Origin: the human T2T-CHM13v2.0 reference genome, Homo sapiens
NCBI RefSeq assembly: GCF_009914755.1
Contig: NC_060929.1
Length of the DNA: 64,000 nt
Direction: 5' to 3' (one strand)
Below, piece after piece: positions 26,477 through 48,242 of the stretch. The translations under genes were made by a program, and so were the position numbers. The notes under the pieces were generated by a model that was not told the origin of the DNA, searched no databases, and saw only the letters and a program-made list of their open reading frames with translations. The first letter of the stretch is position 1, and each line of letters begins with the position of its first letter.

Positions 26477-27961
26477 TACTTTAATGGTTACCTACCTGAG
26501 TTATTTATACAAAATGAAGACAAATTTTGGTTCACAATTTAAAATGTTCATATTCATACGTATTTTATATTTTTCACAATTCAGTGCATCTAAGTATACT
26601 TACATCATTTTAAGTTCATGGTGGAAGACAATAGACCAGTCTGAATGATTAAGTTATCAAGACTAATGTGATCCTGTTGCAGTGAAATATAATACATTAA
26701 TTAGTCTGACATTATGTGAAAAAGCTCATGATACATATGTTACATGATACATATGTTAGCTACTCTTTAAAAAGCACAGCAAGCTATACCTGTCTAACTT
26801 GAAGTATCAAGCATAAACATCAGTTGAGCTCCTTGATGGAGTCAGGTTGTAGTGGAGAAAAAGTAAAATATAATAAAATTTTATAGCTTGCAAAATTAAA
26901 ATCATTCAATTATTCACCCAAAAAATGCATAACGCAGTGCTGGGAAGAGGCCTGAGATGTATTAATTCAGTAGGAGAAAGAACATGGTCTTCATAGACCT
27001 ACATATTTACCTTCCATTCTTTCTAAGCATAAATCCACGGATGGGTCCCTGATGATTTTAGTGTGGTATTCTGTCTCTCAAAGATGTTTCTTTGTGTTGG
27101 TGAAGGAAAGCCTGTTAATAATATTCAGCTTCAAAAAGTAAAAGTTTCAAGCATAAAATAATATCTGTGTAATAAAACAGATGATATTACTTTAATTGTT
27201 AGATAAATGATGTTTATAGAAAAAATATGAAAAATGTTTCTTCTAATATACTATGTAAGCAGAGTTTAAAAATATGTGAAGTGCCACATTTCTTCATATC
27301 AGACAGAGAGTTTTGTTTAAAATTCCCATATAAGAACTTGCTAAAATCCTCTGTCTTATAAAATGGATGCCTAACAAAACCGTCACACTTTCTGCTGTCA
27401 TGTGGGATGGCACATCTATTCAAAGGTTCTACAAATTAGCTACCCAGCATCATCATCGCTGCTATCTCTTTCATCATCATCCATCATCATCATTATCATG
27501 GAGTACACCTAGCTGATCTCAACGAATCTGAATCACGGAATTGATCATTTGTCACAGCAATGAGGGTTCGAGGTAGGATGGAGGGCTGAGTCCATAGATA
27601 ATAGCAAAAGGAAGAGCATGGCCATTAATGAAAGAGTGAAACTGAAGATGTGTTAGCATTTTCATGCAGCTCTCTTTATGCCTATCCTTTTCCAAATATT
27701 ATTTTAGACAGAAATGTCTTGATTAAGAGAGGTGAAGAGAGGTCAATGAAAAGTACATGGATTGCTTTTTCAATCTAGTGAAATAAAAAAAAAGGGAGAT
27801 TTATCTCTTACAGTTATTTTCATTGTCACATTAAACCAAAATGACAGCTGTAATTATTTATTTCAATAATCTGGAATAATGGGGCATTTGAGTGATCAAA
27901 AATATATATACTATACTGAGGGAAATAAAGACTCCCCTCATCTCAGATTAAGAGCAATCTC

Positions 27962-28347
<386 letters not shown>

Positions 28348-29458
28348 TCAAGTGTATCTTTTTCTTCAAATAACATACTGTTAAATTAATTAACAAGAAT
28401 TTGTGAGGTTACTGCAGAATATACACCAAACCACATTTTTAAACAGTTGTTGTAAAATGAAAGGAATAATGTCACATATATAAATTTGGAAGTCAGTATC
28501 AAAATATCAGGTGAGATGTCTAAAATTCAGAGGATTCAATTTTAAGGATTTTGATTTTTAGAAAAGTCAGTGACACAGAGGCTTTGATAAGTAAGAACTG
28601 AGGGTAGTTTTAGATAAAATGTAATCTCTCCATATACCATATCATTGTTAATGAGTTGAAGTTATAAAACAAAAATTGTCCAAAAGTTTACCCTGATGTT
28701 TCATTATTTATAGAAATTAAGGAAGAATTTCAAGTAGGCTTTCTTCTTTGAGATTAGGATGACAGAAGGATGCTCATTATGACCACCATGTCAATTTAAT
28801 ACTATATTAAAGCTGTTAACCAAGGCAATAAAGTAAGAAAAAAATCATATTAAAAATGTGCTAATAATTAAAAATGAATGCATTAAGATATTTTTTCAAT
28901 TAAATGATTTGAGTAGATGTCAAAAAATGTTCTAGTAAAATTACTAGAATAAGTGAGTTGAGCAAAGACTCAGTATCAATAATCTCTTCATTTCTGTGTA
29001 CCAAAAAAGAGAAAACAAAAGCTTATAAATATATAACATTTATAATAGCATTGAGTATATCAAATACTTAAAAATAAATTCTAATACAAGATGGACAACA
29101 TACCTTTGCAGAAAACAAGAGAACAGTAAGAAAAATTAAAGACCCATGGAGGAAATACAATGTTCATAGCTTGGAAGACCAAGCCAAGATCAATTGATAT
29201 CTTATGAAGGTATCAATTATCTACAAATTCATCTATACATATAATGTAAATTCACTGAAATTCTCAGCAGCCTTCCACCTTTTTTTGAATATGTTGACAG
29301 CTAATTTAAAATATCTTCATGACTTTGGGGTAGGGAAAGGTTTATTTAAAAGGGCAGAAGAACCATCATCCATAAAGGAAGGTTGTCTTATAAATCTTTA
29401 CTACATTGACATTAAAATCTTCTATTTACCAAAGACATCATTAAGAAGGTGAAAAGGA

Positions 29459-29821
<363 letters not shown>

Positions 29822-30444
29822 CTATCTACCCTTCCATCCATCTTATCAATATTTTTGCATGCAAATCAATAAAGACAAAAGAATCCATAGAAAAAATAGG
29901 CAGGAGGCTTAAAGACATTTTATGAAAGAGACTATCCAAATGCTCAATAAATATGTAAAAACAAAAATGTTCCACATCATCAGTAATTATTAGAATGGTG
30001 AAAAGCACATTTGCACTAGGAAGGATATGATGCAGTGAGAACTCTACAAATTTCTGGCGGAAATGTAAACTAGTAAAACAACTTTGGAAAATAGCTTGGC
30101 ACAATCTAATGTTGAACATATGCCTACCCTGTGATCCAGAAATTCTACTTCTAGGTATATAAAAACAAATTGCTCACACATACCCCAAGGTTCATGTATA
30201 TCAATGTTCCCAGCATTATTCATAATAACTAAGAACTAGAACAATCCAAATATTCATCAACAGTGGAGTAGGTAATAAATTGATGTTGTCATACATGGAA
30301 TACTACACAGTAATAAAAAATATACAGCTTCATCTATATTCAACTGCATGCAAGAATCTCGCAAACTGAGCAAAAAAAAGCCAGAATAAGAAGAAAATAT
30401 GCATTATTTCATGTATGTAAAGTTTTCAAAAAGAACAAATCTAC

Positions 30445-31139
30445 AATGAAAACACAAAAATAACAATTGTTGGCAAGGATCTGGATAAGTTAGAACACTT
30501 GTGCACTGCTAATGATAATGTAAAATAGTACAGCTGCTATGGAAAACAATATGGCAGTTCTTCAAAAAATTAAGCATATAATCCAGCAATTTTGTTTCTA
30601 GGTATATAACCCAAACGACTGAGAGCAAGGACTGAAACAGCTATTTGTTCATCCATGTTCATGGCAATATTCTTCATAATAGACCAAAGGTAGAAGCAAC
30701 CAAAGTTGTACAAGTTGTACATTGATAGATAACTAGATAAACAAATATGGTACATACATACAATGCAATATTGTTTGGCCTTTAAAAGGAAGGAAACCCT
30801 GGCAGGTGCTACAACATGGATGTACCTTGAAGATATCATGCTGAAAGAAATATGCCCAGTCACAGAAGGATTAATATTGTATGATTCCACTTACATGGGG
30901 TACCTAGAGTGGTCAAATTCAGTGACGGAAAATAGCATGGTGGTTGCTAGGGGCTGGGAGAAGAGAGGAATGGGAGTTATTGATAATGGGTACAGTTTCA
31001 GTTTGAAAAGATGAAAAATTCTGAAGATGGATGGTGGTAGTGATTATACAACAATGTGAATATACTTAATGCTGCTGAACTATACAGTTTAAAATGGTTA
31101 AATGGTACATTTTATGTATACGTTACCATAAAAAAAAAA
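30445..31139 (+). mobile_element. L1MB-like 3' end
   Basis: gggtacagtttcagtttgaaaagatgaaaaattctgaagatggatggtggt... ending in an A-tail. Confidence 0.8.
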
Positions 31140-31768
31140 GTCTGGACTATAATGTTAGAAGTAAAGATAGTAGTAATCTTATAGGAGAAAGAAGAGGATG
31201 GTGTTCAGAAAGAGCGTGGTGAGGGTGGGGAACTTCAAGGGTGCTGGCAATATTCTATTCCTGGGCATAGGTTATCAGTGGTGTTTAAATGAACGTTTGC
31301 CTTATGATACTTTATAAAGCTTCACATTTAAGTTTTGTGTCACTACTGCTTGATATACTTCACAATAAAATCTTTAAAAATAACATATATGTTATGTTCC
31401 TAGGAACATACATGTTCCTAGAAAGAAAAATATCCATGTCACATGTCATTACAACTTGTATTTTGCAAGCAGTCTGTATTGAAAAGGATGTGGGCTTGTG
31501 GCTTTGGAGTCAACTGTCAGCCTTAGACTTGAATCTCAACTTGGCTATGTGTAAAGTGTGTGACACTGAAAATTCTTTCTTTGAAACTATTTTCTCATCT
31601 TTATAATTGAGAATATGACAAATGTTTTATAGAATAATTTTCAGGATTAAAAGTTTATGGATAAATATACAGCATATTATCAGATGAATAACAAAAGCTC
31701 TAAACATATTAGGTTCTATTTTCTTCCCTTTAGAAAATAAATTTCTTCAGATTTTTTTAATCTGCTAT

Positions 31769-32228
31769 TGTAGCAGGACAAGCTGCAGACAAAACCCCTC
31801 AGACACCAAGTTAAAGAAGGAAGGGCTTTATTCAGCCGGGAGCTTCGACAAGACTCATGTCTCCAAAAACCGAGCTCTCCGAGTGAGCAATTCCTGTCCC
31901 TCTTAAGGGCTTACACCTCTAAGGGGGTCCACATGAGAGGGTTGTGATCATTGAGCAAGCAGGGGGTACGTGACTGGGGGCTGCATGCACCGGTAATTAG
32001 AACAGAACAGAACAGGGCAGGGATTTTCACAATGCTTTTCCATACAATGTCTGTAATCTATAGATAACATAACTGATTAGTCAGGGGTCGATCTTTAAAT
32101 ACCAGGCCCAGGGTGTGGCACCGGGCTGTCTGCCTGTGGATTTCATTTCTGCCTTTTAGTTTTTACTTCTTCTTTCTTTGGAGGCAGAAATTGGGATAAG
32201 ACAATATGAGGGGTGGTCTCCTCCCTTA
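31769..32228 (-). mobile_element. Solo LTR2 (HERV-E/Harlequin, ERV1)
   Basis: Reverse complement begins TAAGGGAGGAGACCACCCCTCATATTG and ends CCTGCTACA. 4-bp TSD ctat. Confidence 0.88.
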
Positions 32229-32439
32229 CTATCATTCAATAGTCAAGAATATTCCTGAGTGGAAACCAGCTACAAAGTACTGCCCCAAATTAAGTCATTT
32301 GAGGGAAGTTATAGTTTATTTTCTTATGTTAATTGATCAAATTAGATAACAAGCAGAATGGATTTATAACTTTGTTGTGGGGTATAAAATTATATTAAGT
32401 ACTATATATTAAAAGCACAGAATTTTAAGATAATGATTT

Positions 32440-39148
<6,709 letters not shown>

Positions 39149-40846
39149 TCTTACAGGAAACATTGTCAAAAAGATAAAAGTTCAAAAGGACAATAAAGCC
39201 AGGAAACAACAATTAGCTACTTTTTTTAAAAAAACTATTTATTAGAATAATGAAAGCAAAAATTTACCTTTTAACAACTACTTCTACTTAACATTTTAAA
39301 AGATTCTCTTTGTATCCAAAAGACAATATGAAGTCTTCAATTTTCTACATACCATTTACAGAGGTTTTACTGGGTATCATACAAATGCTTCCAGTTTTAT
39401 CCAAATCTACTGTTAAATTACCCATGTAATTATCCCAGTAGAATTCATGATACCTTTTTACTGTTAATTTCATTAACACTTTACTGGAAAGAGTCTAGAT
39501 GTATTTAAATGCAGGTCTCAGAGTTTTTATTATGACAATTAAAGGGAACATTTCCATATTATTTTGGGGGGTATATAATTACTAAGTTAAAAGCATAACT
39601 GAAAATTATTTACCACTAACAGTATAGATAAAAAATAAATGGCCATTAGATTCACTTCAAGGCATATTTTTTGATGATTTCAATGACAATATCTTCTTAT
39701 ATACATTTCCATCAAAATGAAGCTGATAATTCTGTTATATATTCTACGTGAAATGAGGCCATGAAATGATAGCTCTTTCTAGTCTTTGACCACAGGAGAA
39801 TAGTTGCTAAAAGTTATGCACTGATGTACAGCAAAAGGGTCGGGGGCAGGGACACCGATGAGGATACGATAATCAAATGTCTTGAGATTAATATGAGCAT
39901 AGAATATCATATGTAAATGCAAAATTCCAAATATATATGTTTTAACCTTTATCATTATATTATTATTTACTTTGTAATCTATTACATAGTATTTTTACTG
40001 TTCTCCATCAAATATAGTCAGTTAAGTAAGAATTGCAGATGTGATATAATTTTTAGTAATACAGCAAATTCTCAGTGTACAATGTTCATTCTTCCCATTC
40101 CCTTTCTATTAAATTTCTGTATTGCTACTGATCTTTCAACTGTTTTCAAATCAACATAAGTAGTTATTGAGGGCTTTCTCCGTGCAAGTACACAACTAGA
40201 GTAAATCGGCTTGATACTTTCCTACCAAGAATTCCCAGGAGAACATTGGCCATATACAACATTGTAGAAATATCAGAGTTTGCTCAATTTTATTTAGCTA
40301 CCATTAAGTGGGCCACAGATAAACTTCCTATTAATTTCTTGTCATAACCTCCCATCCTCTCTCCAACATTTCCTTAAAGTAGTGTTTCAATATGAATTTA
40401 AGGTTAATATGGATTAGTAATCAGAATATTTTATGAAATTTATTATATATAATTTAATAGTATTTTGGCAAAACAGAGATTGACAAGGAATGTGAATTAA
40501 GGTATGACTACTTCCTTAAGGGTATAAATTGTCATTTCTATCTCCTTTTTGATGTTCCAGAGTCTATTTAGTCTAAATATTTATTTGTATTTTTTCCAAG
40601 GGACAGAGAAATAACTTGAAAAAAAATAAGAAAACATGACATATTTTATTTAGCTTACGCTGTAATCAGAATAGCCTACGAAGGAAAACATTTAATTCAG
40701 GTAATAAACTTCATAAGGGACATTGTCAAGTCCTGCTATTTTGAAGAATGTTTCTGTCTTTTTCAATCTTAAAATATGAAAAATAAATTGAGGCCATGGA
40801 AGAATTTTAGAGCTTCATAATCAAACTGTCTTACAGTGTATAAAAA

Positions 40847-41623
40847 TCTCAACGAAAAGAGTCAAACTCTGTAAAATATTTGAAGAGATTTATTCTGAGC
40901 CAAATAGAAGTGACCATGGCCCATGACACAGCCCTCAGGAGGTCCTGGGAACATGTGCCCAAGGTGGTTGGGGTGCAGCTTGTTTTTATATATTTTAGGG
41001 AGGCATGAGACATCAATCGAATACATGTGAGAAATACATTGGTTTGGTCCAGAAGGGTGGGACAATTCGAAGGGGGGCATGGAGGCAGGCTTCCACGCTA
41101 TAGGTAAATTTAAATATTTTCTGGTTGACAATTGTTTGAGTTTGTCTAAGACCTGGGATTAATAGAAAGGAAATGTTCACATTAAGATAAAAAATTGTGG
41201 AGGCCAAGGTTCTTTTGATGTCTCATAGTGGCTGCCCTTAGAGACAATGGATGACAAATGTTTCCTATTCAGACCTTTAAGAGGTGCTAGGCTCTCAGTT
41301 AATCTCTTCAGGATTGGGAGGGCCTGGAAGAAAAAGATCTAGCTATGTTAATAGAGGTTCTTTACAGATGCAAATTTTCCCCCACAAAGGACGGCTTTGC
41401 AGGACCTTTTCAAAATACAGCAAAGAAACATGTTTGGGGGTAAAATATTTTTATTTTCTTCTTTGTCATGTAATGTTATGCTGAGTGAGATTGGAAAGTA
41501 AGTCACGATATATAGAGTTAAATAAAACCCATCTGATGAGAATTTATGGTTTGCAGGCCATGATTCCCCAGACCCGTTAGATAGGAATTTGAGCAAAATA
41601 AAAAAATCAGAGCTTAGTCCTCA
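40847..41623 (-). mobile_element. Solo MER4-group LTR (MER4E-like, ERV1)
   Basis: Reverse complement starts TGAGGACTAAGCTCTGATTT and ends ...AATAAATCTCTTCAAATATTTTACAGAGTTTGACTCTTTTCG. AAAA flanks. Confidence 0.82.
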
Positions 41624-41997
41624 AAAATATGATTTGTAAGTTTTTTTATTAAAAGATTATGCCTTACAATTTTTTGTACACTCTGTCTTTTCTTATACTA
41701 GGGTCATACATGTAGACTTACTAAATAGATGATTTGGTACAATATCATTGACCTTGTATTTAAGGTTCACTTAGTTGCATTTAAGAGATCAAATCTCATC
41801 TCAAACAATTTTATTAGGGTGTTTTAATACTATTGTCAAGTTGGTGTTCATTGTATTTGATATTGCTTATTTAGAGAAATATGGTTTAGGTATGTTTGTT
41901 AAAACTGAACTTTCATTATAATGGTATTTGCTGGGATGAGATTTAAATAGTAGGTGAAAACTAGTAAGAGAAAAGAATTGTCCAACTCACTTTAACT

Positions 41998-42107
41998 CAG
42001 TGCTTCTCAAACCTTAATATGCACATGAATCACTTGAGTATCTGGTTGGGAAGCAGATTTTCATTCAGTAGGTCTTGGGTGGGGCCCAAGATTCTGCCTT
42101 TCCAATG
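41998..42107 (+). mobile_element. MER5-like hAT-Charlie fragment
   Basis: cagtgcttctcaaac...attcagtaggtcttgggtggggcccaagattctgc. Confidence 0.75.
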
Positions 42108-42376
42108 GAAGAAGCTCTGAGGGGCAAGGTCCTAGAAAACCCAAATAATTTATCATTGCATCATGCTTAATTCTATTTCCTCTGCTTGATGAGCACCAAT
42201 GTACTTATTCAATGTTTTAAAAATTAATAAGATGAACCTTCACTTAGAAAATATATAAATCATTTGGTCTTAGGTATTAGCTTCCAGTTGTGCAAAAAGC
42301 AAAACTACAAGTTACTGCAGGAGTTACACATATATTTTACTATTTCACTGAAATCATCCTTAAAACATGAACTACA

Positions 42377-42686
42377 GCCGGGAGCGGTGGCTCATGCCTG
42401 TAATCCCAGCACTTTGGGAGGCCGAAGTGGGCGGATCACGAGGTCAGGAGATCGAGACCCTCCTGGCTAACATGGTGAAACCCCGTCTCTACTAAAAATA
42501 CAAAAAAAAAAATTAGCCTGGTGTGGTCGCGGGCGCCTGTAGTCCCAGCTACTCGGGAGGCTGAGGCAGGAGAATGGCGTGCACCCGGGAGGCGGACTTG
42601 CAGTGAGCCGAGATTGCGCCACCGGACTCCAGCCTGGGCAACAGAGCCAGACTCTGTCTCAAAAAAAACAAAAAGACAAAAAAAAC
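42377..42686 (+). mobile_element. AluY
   Basis: CpG-rich AluY with TSD acatgaactaca. Confidence 0.95.
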
Positions 42687-42766
42687 ACATGAACTACATA
42701 TTCATTTGAAAATTTCATTTTGTCATGGGACTCCAGACAAAAATACACATCAAACTTAAGGTTTAA

Positions 42767-43072
<306 letters not shown>

Positions 43073-44117
43073 GTGATGTACCAAATTTTAAAAAAATAAA
43101 CATACAACAATGTTGAATCCTTAGAGAGCTCGAAAGAAAGAGAAAGACAAAGAACCACACAGGTAACTTGAAGTAGAGAATTTCTTTTCGTTAAAAAAAA
43201 TAGATTACAATACAGTCCTTCGGTTAAAACGCATCTACAGACATTTCCTTATGAATGAAATCCTTCTGAGTGGTAAAACTCAAGCTAACACACGTTAAAA
43301 GTGGTTTTTCCCCAACTGATAAAACTTTGACAGAGGTAAATTCCATCCTCAAGCCTTTCATGTAGTGCAGGAGAAAAGGTTTTTAGAATAAAGGAGAGTA
43401 AATAAGCATAAGAAAAAAATCAAATAAAAAATAGAGATGAATACAAATTTTTATGAAAGAAAAACAATGCCAAATCTGGTTCTTTTTCAAGAAATTCAAG
43501 TTGTATAAAACAAAATAAACAACATTTTATAGAAGTTTGGAGGAAATGTAATATTTAAAAATCACATCTTAAAGACAAAAGAGGCGGAATTTTGCTGTGT
43601 TAAAATGTTTATGGATGGGTCTAGTTTGACAATTTAGCCTGTTGGATGTGACTTTCACAGTCTGTTGGCAGTTTGTAGGCAAGCCATCACACCTGTGACT
43701 CTGCGGTTGATTAATGAGTCTTTCAGCTCATTGCTACCATCTGAAGAAGGGCTATGGCCTTTCTGAGCTTCACTGGTTTATTCCCCTTAACTGCAGTCCT
43801 GCCATGGTACTTCCATAAGAAAATCACACCTGGTTAAAGCTAATGAAAACCTCAATATGTCATTTTCTAGACAAGTCAAAAAGCATGTAAAACTAGACAA
43901 AAGACGTATTCAAGTAACATGAATGTAGTTTTGTCATAACCTGCCAATCCAAAGAGTAACATTAAAAAAAAAAAAAAGCTTTCCTCAATGACATTTCGTA
44001 GTATCAACTTTAAGAATGCTAATTCTGAATTATGTGCCATAAGAGGACTTCTGTAATGCCAGCTCTTTTGCTATACACAGTATCTATCTTCATCAGAACT
44101 AGGAAGGTCTTAGTTCA

Positions 44118-44285
44118 TAACGAGATCGTCATTTAGTTTTTATTATCTATAAATGTTTAATCAAACTGTGGCATTTTAAAGTCTTGTTTCAAATTCCTCG
44201 CCTTCAGTTGGCCGGTATTCTTACAGCTTTTTCTTGAGTGCAAGGCAGCACTGCAACTGCTTTTTCCCCAATCCTGCTCTACACA
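44118..44285 (-). ncRNA. Candidate terminal exon of a minus-strand spliced (likely non-coding) transcript
   Basis: Acceptor GACTTTTCAG|TGT at 44286/44285. AATAAA at 44144-44139. Unique sequence with several retained CpGs. The 3' end is approximate. Confidence 0.4.
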
Positions 44286-44776
44286 CTGAAAAGTCTTTTA
44301 AAACATAAGCACGAATTCCCTCCCCAACCTCTTAAAGTGCAAACTAGAGAATAAGGTGGGAAGGGAGAGACAGGGAACTGAAAGAGAGGATAAACCAAAG
44401 GTCTGTGGCTAAAACAGTCTAGTATAGGGCAAAGTGGTGGGAAGTTAAGGAAACATGGAAGACAGTAATCTCTTGCCCTGAAGGCCTTTATACTATGGCT
44501 TCATTTCTGAAGCACTATGAATTTCCAAAACATCAATAATATTCAAATAAATACTAAAATTCATTTTAAAGATAAATACCTGTTTTTCTTTACTTTGGAT
44601 TTGGGGCAATATTCTCTTCCTCTACATACATGGGGCAAAGTTTAGCTATATTTAAGCGGCAGAAAGAATCACAAAACTCTAAGTACTATGAATAAATGGG
44701 TAGCAAAGAAACAAAAGTTTCCATTCCAGCAATTTCCATTTTCTGATCCATGAAACACAACTATGTATCACTGAAC

Positions 44777-44861
44777 CTGTTATCAGCAGACATTTCCCTG
44801 AGCTGGAAGGGTACTTGCATAATATTCTGGTGCAGTTATTCACCACCAGGTTTCCATTCAT
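44777..44861 (-). ncRNA. Candidate internal exon (weak splice sites)
   Basis: AATTTCAG|ATG...ACAG|GTTCAG; poor pyrimidine tract. Confidence 0.25.
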
Positions 44862-45189
44862 CTGAAATTATTATGTTTACACATTTTACCAAAACTATTT
44901 AAGGAAATATTTTTCTTTATTCTATCATGGCATAAACTAAGGATAATTCTTCATTATCATCACAATCATTGCTATTTTTCTAGTTTTATATTCCATGCCT
45001 ATACTAAGAATCATGAAATGAAAACTATTTAGCAATTTACTAATCAATTTGTAATTCTATGATGTCTTATGGAAGGACTGATTTTGGCTGATAAAAAATT
45101 GATTATTTTAAGACTTACCTGAATAATGTCAACAATGACTAAGCATTCACAAAGTGTTCAATCATTTGAACAAATTTTCAAATTGTGAT

Positions 45190-45363
45190 ATAAATGATTT
45201 CAATCCTGGCTGCAAATTTTAATCACATTGGAAAATTTTTTAAAGTAACTACAATTGTTGCCCCACCCCAGAGATTCTGATTTAATTGGTTGGTAAGAGG
45301 CCTGGGCATTTTAAAAAATCTCTTCCCAAATTATTCTAATGTTCAACTAAGGCTAAGTACCAT
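45190..45363 (+). mobile_element. MER5-like hAT-Charlie element
   Basis: ccccaccccagagattctgatttaattgg...ttattctaatgttcaactaagg. Confidence 0.7.
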
Positions 45364-45524
45364 AGGTTTATATAATAATCCTCATGTTTATTTTGCTGAC
45401 CTAAAATAATAAAATACTCAGTCCTACCAGCCAAAAGTGATTTCTCAAATTAAGTTGAAAAATGAAATGATCAGTGTTTGTAATTCTTAGACTTATTACT
45501 ATGGTTTATAAGAAAGTGTGCTGA

Positions 45525-45672
45525 GGCCATGTGCAGTGGCTCACGCCTGTAATCCTAATACTTGGGGAGGCCGAGATGGGATGATTGCTTCAGGTCAGGA
45601 GTTCAAGACTAGCCTGGTCAACATAGTGAGACCTCCATCTCTTAAAAAAATAAAAATAAAATAAATAAAAGA
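45525..45672 (+). mobile_element. Free left Alu monomer (FLAM)
   Basis: Single monomer with A-tail. 14-bp TSD aagaaagtgtgctg. Confidence 0.9.
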
Positions 45673-46396
45673 AAGAAAGTGTGCTGGACCATGAGGCAGA
45701 GACCGTGGGCTTGAATTATTGCTCAACTACCTATTAGCTCTCTGACTTCAGTAAGTCCCTCAAAACAAATGTTTTCTAAACCATGAAATGGGAAAATTAA
45801 GATTTCTTCCAGCTTTAAAACCATGTTCTCAAGTAATTTCCAAGAATGCAGAATGCAGTTCTTAAATATTAATCAGAGTACTTATTTGATTCCATATACT
45901 AATGGTGGGATTTAAACTAGGGTGAGCAAATGTGTGTCACTTAAGCTACCACCATTCTCTTTTCTTGTCTGTGGCAGACATTGCTAATTGATTACAGCGC
46001 TACAGAAAAATCACTATTCTCCTGGAGTTTACACTCAATATAAAACTATTTTCTGTTTGGGAGTTAAGTGCTCATTAGCCCTTCTATTTTAAGAGATGAT
46101 ATAATGGAGTAGTTAGCAGGAGACTAAAAATGTCCAGAGAATAAAAAATTCTTAGGACAGTTCAGGAACAAGGACATCACAACTCACGACATGTGAATTA
46201 GGTCCTAAAGGTAGGCATAGCCCCACACAGGGATGGTCTATTCCTACTAACCAAACTTACTATCATAACCTGGCTTCTGATGGCAATTCACCGAGAGGGA
46301 AAGAATTACCAGATCTACTTGAAGTTGTATTTTTCCTGTAAATTAGTAAAACAGAACTCTAATTTTCTAACAGTCTTCTACAAGTTTGGTTAGTGT

Positions 46397-47010
46397 TGTC
46401 AGAGGTGTTTGAACCAGAGCAACTGCATCTTGAATAGGGTCTGAGTAAAATAAGGCTGAGACCTGCTGGGCTGCATTCCCAGTAAGTTAGGCATTCTAAG
46501 TCACAGGATGAGATAGGAGGTTGGCACAAGATACAGGTCATCAAGACCTTGCTGATAAAACAGGTTGTAGTAAAGAAGCCTGCCAAAACCCATCAAAACC
46601 AAGATGGCGATGAAAGTAATCTCTGGTCATCCTCACTGCTCATGCATTAGCATGCTAAAAGACACTCCTACCAGTGCTGTGACAGTGGACAAATGCCATG
46701 GCAGTGTACAGAAGTTACCCTATATGGTCTGAAAAAGTTCAGTACTGGAAATTGCCCACCCCTTTCCCAGAAAACTTACGAATAATCTACCCCTGGTTTA
46801 GGATATAATCTAGAAATAACCATGAAAATGGGGAACCAGCAGCCCTCAGAGGCTGCTCTTCCTATGGACTAGCTATTCTTTTACTCCTTTACTTTACTTT
46901 CTTAATAAACTTGCTTTCACTTTACTCTGTGGACTCACCCTGAATTCTTTCCTATGCAAGATCCAAGAACCCTCTCTTGGGGTCTGGATCGGGATCCCCT
47001 TCCAGTAACA
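46397..47010 (+). mobile_element. Solo MER41 LTR (MER41B-like, ERV1)
   Basis: Starts TGTCAGAGGTGTTTGAACCAGAGCAAC and ends CCAGTAACA, with an internal AATAAA. 4-bp TSD gtgt. Confidence 0.9.
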
Positions 47011-48242
47011 GTGTGAATCAATATTACTATGTAAAATGAATTGCTAGGCTTTCAAAGCTGTAGAGCAGAGACTAGGGTGGAAATCCTAACAAAATCATGT
47101 CCTTCCCAAGAGGTTAATGGGTTTTCTAGCAATGAGACATTCAGCGTAGAAAACACTTGCAAATATAATTAAAATAACTCAATAGTTTCCACCTAATATT
47201 TTCTTACATAAAATGAAGTTTTTTTAAAGTGCTAAAACCTTTTCATTTTTGCAAGTTTTTTCATATTTAAAAATAATAAAGTGTACCTAAATGTTATAAT
47301 GATAAAGAGAGTCACTGCTTTTTGAGGGCAGGGCTCCCATTTCGTGCAGTCCTAGATGCCATCTCTCATGATAAATCCTGTACCAAAAGACAGATTAGTC
47401 ACACCATCTGCTGCCTCCAGGGAGATAAATTGCACATTTCAAAGTATGGCAACATTCCATTATAGCATAATGAAGAAAATGAAAAACATATTAGCAAACT
47501 GAACACTTTGGGGAAATTTCATTTTCAAATTGTGTGCTGTTTTGCTTTTAAAGAAGTAAAATTATTAAATAAAATGTGTGAGAGGAAGCAAATATTCTTC
47601 CTTGTAGCAAAATTACGGATGCTTTTACTTTGTGAAAAATAATATTATTTCCAACGAATGCATTAAAATCACACATATAATCCACATTTTCAGAGTTGTT
47701 ATGAACAAGCATCTATATGTACATACTCTTGCTGAAATCAAATTTTAGTCCTAAAATCACTGTTAGATTACAGGCTAAAAGAGGAAAATGAACAATTAAT
47801 TGTTCCTGTTTCTTCCTCAGAAACCCTTGGGGTCTATAAATTTAATTTGAGTCCATCTCAGACCTGCCAGTTCAGAGCAACAAACATAAACACACAGACT
47901 TGGAAGCATCACTCCATTTCTCAGGCAGTCCTACTGCTTTCAGGTAATTCTTGCTGTTCAGAGACAAACTTACACACACTGAAGAACAGTGTGTGCAGAA
48001 CAGGCTGCAAGAACACTGACATTAAGAGCAAGACAAATCAGGTGCACCTCTCTTACTTGACCAAGGCCAGTATTAAGCTAGCACATCTTGTCTGAAGAGC
48101 CATCAATCACGCACCAAGAGTGCCCTCATGAAGGTACATCCTATCCAAGCTGTATAAATATAAGGCAAATAAAATTTTAGTGACAGTCTACAAGGCCATT
48201 TGATCTATGAACTACATAGGTCCTGCAATTGCTTACACATAC

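Noticed and set aside
27448-27499. (CAT)n stretch suggesting poly-His or poly-Asp coding
   Set aside because: Degenerate microsatellite with no exon context
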